Source: Spirochaetaceae bacterium (GTDB lineage Bacteria; Spirochaetota; Spirochaetia; DSM-27196; PWMO01). From it: 64,000 bases of DNA. Position 1 is the first letter of the stretch, and each line of letters begins with the position of its first letter. This document shows, one piece after another, positions 9,916 through 17,526 of this stretch. The stretch lies in assembly GCA_046541715.1 (NCBI GenBank), contig JBKHCS010000001.1, positions 34,496-98,495 of the forward strand, read 5' to 3'. Both the position numbers and the translations under genes were made by a program. The notes below the pieces were generated by a model. The model searched no databases, was not told the DNA's origin, and was given only the letters and a program-made list of their open reading frames with translations.

Positions 9916-10589
9916 GCAGCGCAGAGACAACCACGCCGGACACATCACCCTTGAGCATAGCGCTGCCTAAAGGCCGCCTTCTCGATTCGATTACCGAGGC
10001 GTTTCGGAACGTTTCTATCGACGTGTCCTTCGACAACCGAAAGCTCGTTAGCGAGGATACTTCCCAGGGGCTCGAGTTCTTCCTCGTTAAGAACTCGGAC
10101 CTCCCGGTCTACGTGAACTTCGGAATCGCGGGACTTGGGATCTGCGGCGAGGACGTTCTCTACGAATCCTCCTTTCCCCTCGTCCGACTAGCGACCTTTC
10201 CTTTCGGGAGTACCCGGATGTGCCTCGCACACCGGGCGGATCACGACCCGTCTGCGGACGTCGGGACCTTGAGCGTCGCGACTAAGTTTATCCGCTTTGC
10301 CCGGGACTACTTCCACCGGCTCGGAATCCCGGTTCAGGTAATCCGTCTGAACGGCTCGGTGGAGCTCGCGCCGGTCCTCGGCCTCTGCCCCTACATCGTC
10401 GACTTGGTCGAAACCGGGTCGACCCTCAAAGCGAATAACCTCGTCGTCGCGAAGGAATTGGCGGTCATGCAAGTTCACCTCGTCGCGAACCCTGCGTACT
10501 ACAAATTTCATTACAAACGGGTCAACGACTTTGTCCGCCGGCTCTTGGATAACCACATTGCGGAACCAATTGCCACATCTTGGTCTTGA
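9912..10589 (+). CDS. hisG: ATP phosphoribosyltransferase, short form
   Basis: 225 aa with LSIALPKGRL near the N-terminus and ETGSTL. The start overlaps the hisZ stop. Confidence 0.9.
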   Translation: MSSAETTTPDTSPLSIALPKGRLLDSITEAFRNVSIDVSFDNRKLVSEDTSQGLEFFLVKNSDLPVYVNFGIAGLGICGEDVLYESSFPLVRLATFPFGSTRMCLAHRADHDPSADVGTLSVATKFIRFARDYFHRLGIPVQVIRLNGSVELAPVLGLCPYIVDLVETGSTLKANNLVVAKELAVMQVHLVANPAYYKFHYKRVNDFVRRLLDNHIAEPIATSWS

Positions 10590-10608
10590 CTCTAAGGGCG
10601 TAGACAAA

Positions 10609-10637
10609 TTGAATTTGCCGATAGAGTTGGATATACT
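10609..10637 (+). promoter_or_regulatory. Sigma-70-type promoter (TTGAAT-N17-TATACT)
   Basis: TTGAAT at 10609-10614, a 17-nt spacer, TATACT at 10632-10637. It lies 19 nt upstream of ATG 10656. Confidence 0.5.
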
Positions 10638-10655
10638 CGCACATAAGGCACTCTG

Positions 10656-10982
10656 ATGCCGCAGATACGCTTCAAGCATCCTCCGGACCCGGGGTTTCAG
10701 AAGGTCTCCCAGGCGCCGGTTACGCCGCAACAGCGAGTGGCGCTCGTCCGAAGGGGAAACCAGTTATTCAACGAGGGCAAGATCGACGAGGCCAAACGGA
10801 TCTTCTTAACCGTCGGATACGGCGACGGTTTGATCCGGCTTGGGGATTGGTACGAGAAGAAAAGGCGCCCCTTGGAGGCATTTAGAATGTATTGGCTGGC
10901 CTCGGAACCGGGCAAGACCCAGGCCATGATCGAGAAGATGGCCGCGGTCGTCAGAATATGGCTGAAGGAGTCCGAAGAGTAG
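10656..10982 (+). CDS. Small hypothetical protein with one TPR/Sel1-like helical repeat
   Basis: 108-aa ORF directly behind a good promoter. No family recognised. Confidence 0.45.
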   Translation: MPQIRFKHPPDPGFQKVSQAPVTPQQRVALVRRGNQLFNEGKIDEAKRIFLTVGYGDGLIRLGDWYEKKRRPLEAFRMYWLASEPGKTQAMIEKMAAVVRIWLKESEE

Positions 10983-12088
10983 TGGCGGAAAAAGACGAGT
11001 CGACGCGACTTCCTAAGGACCTCGCGGAGCTCTCGCAACAGGGATATCAATTCCTTCGAGAGAATCTCCTTTCCGAGGCGGAAGCACGCTTCACCGAGAT
11101 ACTCGAGAAGGATCCGGAGAATAATTACGCCCTCGTTGGCCTCGGTGACGCCGCGCGCAAACGCCGACAGTTCGAGAAGGCGATCGGTTACTACGAGCGC
11201 TGCCTCGAGATCCACCCGGACAACAATTACGCCCTCTTCGGACTCGCGGACTGCTACCGCTCTCTTAAGCACTTCAACAAGGCACTTCGGATCTGGGAGC
11301 GCTACTTACAACACGACGACGAAAACGTGACAGTTCTTACGCGGGTAGCCGATGCCCACCGGAAAGTGCGCAATTTCGATCGTTCTAAGGAACTCTACGA
11401 ACGAGTGCTGGAAAAGGAGCCTGACAACGCCTACGCGCTGATTGGCCTCGGCCACCTCCACTATGACTTCCGCGATTTCGAAGGGGCCCTTCACTACTGG
11501 GAACGAATGTACCAGATCAGCGGTCCCAAGGTAGATATTCGGGTCCTTACCTCCCTTGGAAACTGCCATCGAAAGCAGAAGACCTTCGAGGAAGGAATGC
11601 GCTATTTCGAAGAGGCTCTTAAAAAGGAACCCAACAACTTCTACGCCCTTTTCGGAATGGCCGATTGCTGCCGTGGTCTCGGAAAGCCGCAAGAGTCCCT
11701 GGCGTACTGGAACCGGATTCTCGAGAAAGATCCGGATAACAAGGTTATCCTGACCCGAGCCGGGGACGCCTACCGCTCCCTCGGAGAGACCGAAACCGCC
11801 CGCTCTTACTACGAGCGGGCCCTCGATATCGAGTTCGACAGCTACGCGGTCCTGGGCCTCGCAGTAATAAACCGCCTTACGGGCAGGCTCGATGACGCGA
11901 TTGTTTCGTTGGAAGGACTGGTCAAGAACGACTCGAAGAACCCCCGCTTCTATTACGAGCTCGCCGAGGCTTATCTCGAAAAGGGAGGTCGGCAGCAGGC
12001 GCTGGACACCTTGGAGCGGGCCGTAGCCGAAGGGGCGGCGAACCGCCAGGTAAGTGATCTCCTCGACCGCCTGAAAGGGGCACGATAG
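10958..12088 (+). CDS. Tetratricopeptide-repeat protein
   Basis: About 9 tandem TPRs with a recurring P(D/E)NNYAL.GL.D pattern. Start is ambiguous: ATG 10958, or GTG 10982 overlapping the upstream stop. Confidence 0.8.
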   Translation: MAEGVRRVVAEKDESTRLPKDLAELSQQGYQFLRENLLSEAEARFTEILEKDPENNYALVGLGDAARKRRQFEKAIGYYERCLEIHPDNNYALFGLADCYRSLKHFNKALRIWERYLQHDDENVTVLTRVADAHRKVRNFDRSKELYERVLEKEPDNAYALIGLGHLHYDFRDFEGALHYWERMYQISGPKVDIRVLTSLGNCHRKQKTFEEGMRYFEEALKKEPNNFYALFGMADCCRGLGKPQESLAYWNRILEKDPDNKVILTRAGDAYRSLGETETARSYYERALDIEFDSYAVLGLAVINRLTGRLDDAIVSLEGLVKNDSKNPRFYYELAEAYLEKGGRQQALDTLERAVAEGAANRQVSDLLDRLKGAR

Positions 12089-12107
12089 AGGCCGGCAGCG
12101 GTCGGCA

Positions 12108-12139
12108 GCCGCTACCCCGGACGGCCGCTACCCCGGACG
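12108..12139. repeat. Perfect 16-bp tandem duplication (GCCGCTACCCCGGACG x2)
   Basis: Read directly at 12108-12123 and 12124-12139, in the spacer between the convergent TPR gene and alaS. Confidence 0.9.
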
Positions 12140-12156
12140 GCCGCCGCCAAGGACGA

Positions 12157-13941
12157 CTATTCCAGAACTGCCTTAATCCGCCGAACCCCCTGGGAAGAGG
12201 ACTGCTCCTTCAGAATCTTGAATCGCCCGAGGTCCTTGGTATTCTCGACGTGGGGACCCCCGCAGACTTCCATCGAGTAGTCGCCGATCTTGTAGACCTT
12301 GACGACTTCTCCGTATTTCTCGCCGAAGAGCGCCATCGCCCCCCTCTCCTTGGCCTCTTCGATAGGCATGGTCTCGACCTCCACGGGCAGATTGCGGTCG
12401 ATCTGCTCGTTGACGATCTCTTGGACCCTCTGGATCTCCTCAGGGGACATCTTCTGGCTGTGCGAAAAGTCGAACCGAAGACGCTCCGGGGTAATGTTGC
12501 TTCCCTTCTGTCCGACATGCTCGCCCAAGACGTCCCGGAGGGCCTGATGCAAGAGATGGGTCGCCGTATGGAGTCGGGTCGTCATCTCGGAATGATCTGC
12601 GAGCCCACCACGAAACGTGGCGCTGGTGTCCGACTTACTCTTCTCCTGATGCTCCGCGTAGGCGGCCTCGAAGCCCTCCCGGTCTACGGATAGTCCGTGC
12701 TCCTTTCCGAGCTCCTCGGTTATCTCAACCGGAAAACCGAAGGTATCGTAGAGATGGAAGGCGATCTCGCCGGGGATCGCGTTGGTCCCCTTCGACCGAA
12801 TTTCCGGCAAGAGCTTCTCGAACTCCCGCTCCCCCTTCTGGAGGGTGGAGAAGAACTTCTCCTCTTCGGCGACCAACTCGGTTTCGATCCGGTCCTGGTT
12901 CGCCTTGAGCTCCGGGTAGGCGTCTTGGTACATCTCGACGACGAGGCGGGCCGGTTGCCGAAGAAACTCGGCGCCCAGGCCAAGCTTCCGTCCGTGACGC
13001 ACCGCCCGGCGGATGAGGCGGCGGAGGATATACCCCTGCCCCACGTTCGAGGGGACCACCCCCCGCTCGTCGCCGAGGATAAACGAGGCGGCTTTGACAT
13101 GGTCGCAGATAATCCGGAAGGACGTGTCCCCATCGGGATCCGCTCCGTAGCGCGCGCCGGAAATCTCTTCCGTCTTCTCGATAAGAGGAGTAAAGAGCTC
13201 CGTCTCGTAGACGGACTTCTTGCCCTGGAGAATGGCAATTGTCCGCTCGATTCCCATCCCGGTGTCTACACACTTCCGGGAAAGCTCGGCGAAGGAGCCG
13301 TCGGACTGTTTGTTGTACTGCATAAACACGTCGTTCCAGACTTCCATGAACTTTCCGTCGGAAACGCCGGGGCGACTCTTATCGGTGCCGGGAATACCGG
13401 TGTCGACGAACATTTCGCTGTCCGGACCGCAGGGGCCCGTCGCCCCGGCGGGACCCCACCAGTTGTCCTTCCGCCCCAAGAAGTAGATACGCTCGTCGGG
13501 AATTCCGAGAGACCGCCAGACTCTCGCCGACTCTTCGTCCCGGGGAACGTTCTCGTCCCCGGCAAAAACGGTAACGGAGATGGCCTCAGGAGAGAGGCCA
13601 AGCCACTCGCCCCCGGTCAAGAACTCGTAGCTCATCCGGATCGCTTCTTCTTTGAAATAGTCGCCGAGAGACCAGTTTCCGAGCATCTCGAAAAAAGTCA
13701 GATGGCTGAAGTCACCTACATCATCTATGTCTCCGGTGCGTATGCATTTCTGATGATTGACCAGACGGGTCCCCGCCGGATGCTCCTCTCCGAGAATGTA
13801 GGGAACCAGGGGATGCATACCGGCAGTGGTAAAGAGCACCGTCGGATCGTTCTCCGGAATCAGAGACTTCCCGGAAATTACCGCGTGACCATGTTTGGAG
13901 AAGAACTCCAGATATTTGGATCGAAGCTCGTTCGCTTTCAT
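12157..13941 (-). CDS. alaS: Alanine--tRNA ligase, compact 594-aa form
   Basis: N-terminal class II core (FTTAGM, HQKCIRT). Editing-site motifs HTATHLL and CGGPHV are at the C-terminus. The ORF ends right after the editing domain. Confidence 0.95.
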   Translation of the reverse strand: MKANELRSKYLEFFSKHGHAVISGKSLIPENDPTVLFTTAGMHPLVPYILGEEHPAGTRLVNHQKCIRTGDIDDVGDFSHLTFFEMLGNWSLGDYFKEEAIRMSYEFLTGGEWLGLSPEAISVTVFAGDENVPRDEESARVWRSLGIPDERIYFLGRKDNWWGPAGATGPCGPDSEMFVDTGIPGTDKSRPGVSDGKFMEVWNDVFMQYNKQSDGSFAELSRKCVDTGMGIERTIAILQGKKSVYETELFTPLIEKTEEISGARYGADPDGDTSFRIICDHVKAASFILGDERGVVPSNVGQGYILRRLIRRAVRHGRKLGLGAEFLRQPARLVVEMYQDAYPELKANQDRIETELVAEEEKFFSTLQKGEREFEKLLPEIRSKGTNAIPGEIAFHLYDTFGFPVEITEELGKEHGLSVDREGFEAAYAEHQEKSKSDTSATFRGGLADHSEMTTRLHTATHLLHQALRDVLGEHVGQKGSNITPERLRFDFSHSQKMSPEEIQRVQEIVNEQIDRNLPVEVETMPIEEAKERGAMALFGEKYGEVVKVYKIGDYSMEVCGGPHVENTKDLGRFKILKEQSSSQGVRRIKAVLE

Positions 13942-13973
13942 CGAGATACCTCTTGTCGTTTAATGCAAACCTC

Positions 13974-14456
13974 TCAAAGATCCTCGAGGTCGGACTCCCG
14001 GTCCTCCCGCATGAACTCCGGAAAAGCGTAGACGATGAGTCCCGTCTTCTTTACCCGGTGCTCCGCGTACCCCTTAGAAACCATCTCCTCGAGACGCTCT
14101 TTCGCCAGATCCGGCGACACCTTGGCCTCGAGGGCTATCTCCGACGGCGTAACGTACCCGCCGTTATCCCGGGCCGCCTTGAGAATCCGGTATTCCAGAC
14201 TCTCCGCCGGTGCCTTCGGTGCCCCAGGGGCGGTAAACACGCCGGAATAGTCCTGGAGCAGCCGTTCCCGGATGGAGGCGTCCCGCACTTGGTTCGGAAG
14301 GGTAAAGAGGTCGTAGAGGGTTCCAAGGCCGAAGAGTCCCCCGGTCAGCAGAAAGAGGATCCCCGTCCCCACCTTGCCGATGTAGAAACGTTGGAGACCC
14401 GCGACTCCGAAGAAAGAGGGAATCAGGAACAAGTACGCCAATCGGACCGAGTACAA
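13974..14456 (-). CDS. TM2-domain membrane protein with C-terminal winged-helix-like domain
   Basis: TM2 signature [30 protein letters not shown]. Start proposed at TTG 14456, 8 nt after AGGAGG. The ORF-track start at 14714 would overlap the divergent ABC-F gene. Confidence 0.6.
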   Translation of the reverse strand: MYSVRLAYLFLIPSFFGVAGLQRFYIGKVGTGILFLLTGGLFGLGTLYDLFTLPNQVRDASIRERLLQDYSGVFTAPGAPKAPAESLEYRILKAARDNGGYVTPSEIALEAKVSPDLAKERLEEMVSKGYAEHRVKKTGLIVYAFPEFMREDRESDLEDL

Positions 14457-14608
14457 CCAAAAAACCTCCTCTGGTTTGCAGGGGCTAAGGTACTCCGGCA
14501 GGGCGTCCCGGGACAAGAGGGCCGCCTCGCCGGGCCCGGCCACGCAGCCACGCCCAAGCCCTTGCACACTCCCCTCCCGGGCGCGTACATTGTGACGAAC
14601 TAATCCTG

Positions 14609-16654
14609 ATGATAGCCACGACCAACGTTTCACTCGCATATGGAGCCCAAACGGTTCTCGACGGCGTATCTCTGACCCTCGCCCCGAAAAGCCGTGCCGG
14701 ACTCGTCGGGGCAAACGGCAGCGGAAAGACCACTCTCCTCCGCATCCTCGCCGGCCGCGAGTCTTCGGAAGCCGGGGAGGTAAGCCTCCCGAAGGACAGG
14801 GTCGTTTCCTATTTACCCCAACGATTCGAGCTGTCGCCGGATACCACCGTCTACGAGGCGGCTGAGGGAGGCTTTAGCCGGGAGTTTCGTCTCCTCGAAC
14901 GGCGGGAAGACGTCGCCGGTAGGCTGAAAGAGTCCGGCGAGACCCCGGTGGAGACAGATTACCGCGCCCTCTTGGCCGAACTGGCGCACATCGACCACGA
15001 GCTCGAAGAAAGCGGTTTCTACCTGCGGGAGCCGGAGATCGCCAAGGTGCTCAAGGGCCTGGGCTTCGACAACGACGATCATCACCGTCCCCTCAAGGAG
15101 TTCAGCGGAGGATGGCAGATGCGGGCCGCCCTCGCCCGGACCCTTCTGAGCCATCCCGACTTTTTGCTCCTCGACGAGCCGACCAACTACCTCGATACGG
15201 AAGCCCGCCTTTGGCTCTCCGGATTTCTCAAGTCCTTTTCGGGGGGAGTCTTGATCGTCTCCCACGACAGGGCGTTTCTCGACGACACGGTGACCGAGAT
15301 CTTCGAGCTCTTTCTCGGGAAGGTCCGGCGGTATAAGGGCAGCTATTCCTCCTACGAAACTCAACGAAAAGCCGAGCTCGCCCAGCTCGTCGCGGCTTGG
15401 GAGAACCAGCAGCGAGATATCGCCAAGCAAGAGGACTTTATCCGGCGGTTTCGGGCAAAGGCGACCAAGGCCAAGCAGGTCCAGAGCCGGGTCAAGATGC
15501 TAGAGAAGCAGGAACGGATCGAGATTCCGGAGCACCTTCGCCCCATCAACCTCAAGCTGCCCCCGGCGACTCACAGTGGAAATGTCGTTGTCGAGGCAGA
15601 GGATCTCTCGAAATCCTACCGCCCGCAGGGTAGCATAGACGCCCCGGTCCTCGATTCGCTGAGCTTTACCGTCCGGAGAGGAACCAAGCTCGCCGTTCTC
15701 GGCCGCAACGGAGCCGGAAAGTCGACGCTTCTGCGGATACTCGCGGGAAAGGATGGACCGACATCCGGGGCCCTCTCCTTGGGGCAAGGCGTCCAAACCG
15801 CCTACTTCGGACAGGACACGCCGGACACCCTCCCCGGAGAGCTTACCGTTCTCGAATACACGAGCTCCCGGGCGTCCACCGAGGCACAACCGATGGTGCG
15901 GGACGTTCTCGGGGCATTTCTTTTTAGTGGTGATGCCGTAGATAAGCGTCTCGAGGTCCTCTCGGGCGGCGAGCGAAGCCGTCTCGCGATGGCCGCGCTT
16001 CTGCTGAGGCCCGCGAATCTCCTCGTCCTCGACGAGCCGACGAACCACCTCGACATGACCAGCCAAGAAGTCCTCGCCCGGGCGCTGCGTAACTACTCTG
16101 GAACCGTCGTATTTGTCTCCCACGACCGCTTCTTTATTCGAGAGGTCGCAAACGAAGTCTTGGCTCTCTGGCCCCGGGAGCAGCGCCCGTCGGCAACCCG
16201 GCCGGCTGGTGGCGCGGGAACCGACGCCGTGCCGTCCCAGGGTTGGCAGCTCTATCCGGGAAGCTACCGCGATTTCGAAAAAAGCGGCATCGGCCGGGTC
16301 TTCGAGGACGCCGACGTTTTGCCGGGACCGGGGCCAAACTCCCGGCCGGAGGCGACCGACGGATCGGCGGCCGCCTCCGGTGGTTCCTCGGCCGAAGACT
16401 TTGGCGCCCAGAAGGCCCGGAAGGCCGAACTGAGAAGACTCCGGAAGCGCGAAGAGGAGCTCTTGGCTCGTATCGAAGCCTTAGAAGAGGAGCACCGTCG
16501 CATTCAAGAGGCGATGGCTTCCCCGGAAGTGTACCTGGACCCCGGGGCAATCAAGGACCGTCAGGCCGCGCTGGTGGACAACGAGATCGCCCAACGGGAG
16601 TCGCATAAGGCCTGGGAGGAGCTTGAAAAGGCTCTCGAGCCTTTTTCCGAGTAG
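14609..16654 (+). CDS. ABC-F family ATPase (Uup/YheS-like; translation-associated)
   Basis: Two NBDs ([19 protein letters not shown] and [19 protein letters not shown]), no TM domains, C-terminal coiled coil. Confidence 0.9.
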   Translation: MIATTNVSLAYGAQTVLDGVSLTLAPKSRAGLVGANGSGKTTLLRILAGRESSEAGEVSLPKDRVVSYLPQRFELSPDTTVYEAAEGGFSREFRLLERREDVAGRLKESGETPVETDYRALLAELAHIDHELEESGFYLREPEIAKVLKGLGFDNDDHHRPLKEFSGGWQMRAALARTLLSHPDFLLLDEPTNYLDTEARLWLSGFLKSFSGGVLIVSHDRAFLDDTVTEIFELFLGKVRRYKGSYSSYETQRKAELAQLVAAWENQQRDIAKQEDFIRRFRAKATKAKQVQSRVKMLEKQERIEIPEHLRPINLKLPPATHSGNVVVEAEDLSKSYRPQGSIDAPVLDSLSFTVRRGTKLAVLGRNGAGKSTLLRILAGKDGPTSGALSLGQGVQTAYFGQDTPDTLPGELTVLEYTSSRASTEAQPMVRDVLGAFLFSGDAVDKRLEVLSGGERSRLAMAALLLRPANLLVLDEPTNHLDMTSQEVLARALRNYSGTVVFVSHDRFFIREVANEVLALWPREQRPSATRPAGGAGTDAVPSQGWQLYPGSYRDFEKSGIGRVFEDADVLPGPGPNSRPEATDGSAAASGGSSAEDFGAQKARKAELRRLRKREEELLARIEALEEEHRRIQEAMASPEVYLDPGAIKDRQAALVDNEIAQRESHKAWEELEKALEPFSE

Positions 16655-16702
16655 CCACGGCGGCGGAACGCCGTCCTGGGAGCTGCCCTCCCGGGGCCGT
16701 CC

Positions 16703-16731
16703 TTGACCCCTTCTTAGTCCAGGCCTATCCT
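16703..16731 (+). promoter_or_regulatory. Sigma-70-type promoter (TTGACC-N17-TATCCT) predicting a leaderless transcript
   Basis: The -10 hexamer ends 6 nt before ATG 16738 and there is no SD between them. Confidence 0.35.
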
Positions 16732-16737
16732 TCGACC

Positions 16738-17127
16738 ATGGAGCTGACCTTCGCCACCCCGGCCCTGCTTTTTCCCGCGGTGTCGCTACTTTTTATTTCC
16801 TACACCAACCGGTTTCTAGCGTACGCAGATCTGGTCCGCACCCTTCACCGGCGGTGGGAGGAGGACCCTACGAGCGTCCTTTCGGCGCAGATCGGCAACC
16901 TGCGACTTCGGATCGGGCTTATCCGGAACATGCAAATCGCCGGGGCGCTCTCCCTCCTGGCGGCAGTCATCTGTATGATCCTCTTGTACCTGCAGCTCCA
17001 TCCCGCCGCCGAAATAGCCTTCGGTGCCGCGCTCCTTGGACTGTCGCTGTCGTTGGTCTTCCTGGTATGGGAGCTAACCATTTCCGTCCGCGCTCTCAAT
17101 ATCCAGATGTCGGATATTGAGGGGTGA
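16738..17127 (+). CDS. DUF2721-family membrane protein
   Basis: 129 aa with 3 TM segments. The N-terminal pattern PALLFPAVSLLFISYTNRF is as remembered for DUF2721. Confidence 0.6.
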   Translation: MELTFATPALLFPAVSLLFISYTNRFLAYADLVRTLHRRWEEDPTSVLSAQIGNLRLRIGLIRNMQIAGALSLLAAVICMILLYLQLHPAAEIAFGAALLGLSLSLVFLVWELTISVRALNIQMSDIEG

Positions 17128-17172
17128 GGGGCCATGCGTGCTGAGAGAACTGCTGCAACGTGTCCGCGTCTA

Positions 17173-17201
17173 TTGACAATTCTCTTGGCCCCGGTCACAA
17201 T
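17173..17201 (+). promoter_or_regulatory. Sigma-70-type promoter for tRNA-Phe (TTGACA-N17-CACAAT)
   Basis: Consensus -35 at 17173-17178 and -10 at 17196-17201. The tRNA starts at 17220. Confidence 0.45.
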
Positions 17202-17219
17202 GGCGGATCAATTCAACAT

Positions 17220-17292
17220 GCCGCTGTAGCTCAGTCGGTAGAGCAGTGGACTGAAAATCCACGTGTCGACAGTTCGATTCTGTCCGGCGGCA
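17220..17292 (+). tRNA. tRNA-Phe (anticodon GAA)
   Basis: Manual cloverleaf: acceptor GCCGCTG/CGGCGGC, D-arm GCTC/GAGC, anticodon arm GTGGA-CTGAAAA-TCCAC, T-arm GACAG-TTCGATT-CTGTC, discriminator A. CCA is not encoded. Confidence 0.95.
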
Positions 17293-17293
17293 G

Positions 17294-17321
17294 AGCCCCA
17301 CGATTGTGGGGCTCTTCCTTT
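17294..17321 (+). terminator. Hairpin terminator after tRNA-Phe
   Basis: AGCCCCAC-GATT-GTGGGGCT followed by CTTCCTTT. Confidence 0.6.
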
Positions 17322-17477
17322 GGGAAGTATCAACAAGCCTGTTGATAAATCTTGCCTAATAGCTTGTAAAGCAGTTAGTTGCTCCGACGAACCATAGTTC
17401 CAAGCGCCCAAACGCCCCTAAATCTCTCTGCGGCAGACATTTCTCTCAACTACCATCAACAAGCTTCTCGATACCAC

Positions 17478-17504
17478 AAAAAAAGGCCGCCCCGGGGGGC
17501 GGCC
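17478..17504 (-). terminator. Rho-independent terminator of ppdK
   Basis: Minus strand reads GGCCGCCCCCCGGGGCGGCC followed by TTTTTTT, 23 nt after the ppdK stop. Confidence 0.8.
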
Positions 17505-17526
17505 TTCGCAGTAACTGCTTTAGCGC

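Noticed and set aside
12108-12139. 16-bp tandem duplication considered as a CRISPR-like or regulatory repeat
   Set aside because: There are only two copies with no spacers. It sits between convergent gene ends without a terminator-like T-tract. It is most simply a slippage duplication, so it is kept only as a repeat feature.
12157-13941. Short (594-aa) AlaRS considered as a truncation or pseudogene
   Set aside because: The ORF is intact from the catalytic core through the editing motifs (HTATHLL, CGGPHV) and ends cleanly. From memory, spirochaete AlaRS proteins of this same length that lack the C-Ala domain are known.
17160-17411. ORFs 17160-17345 (+) and 17208-17411 (-)
   Set aside because: Both overlap the tRNA-Phe gene and its terminator. 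They have no SD and no coding-like composition.
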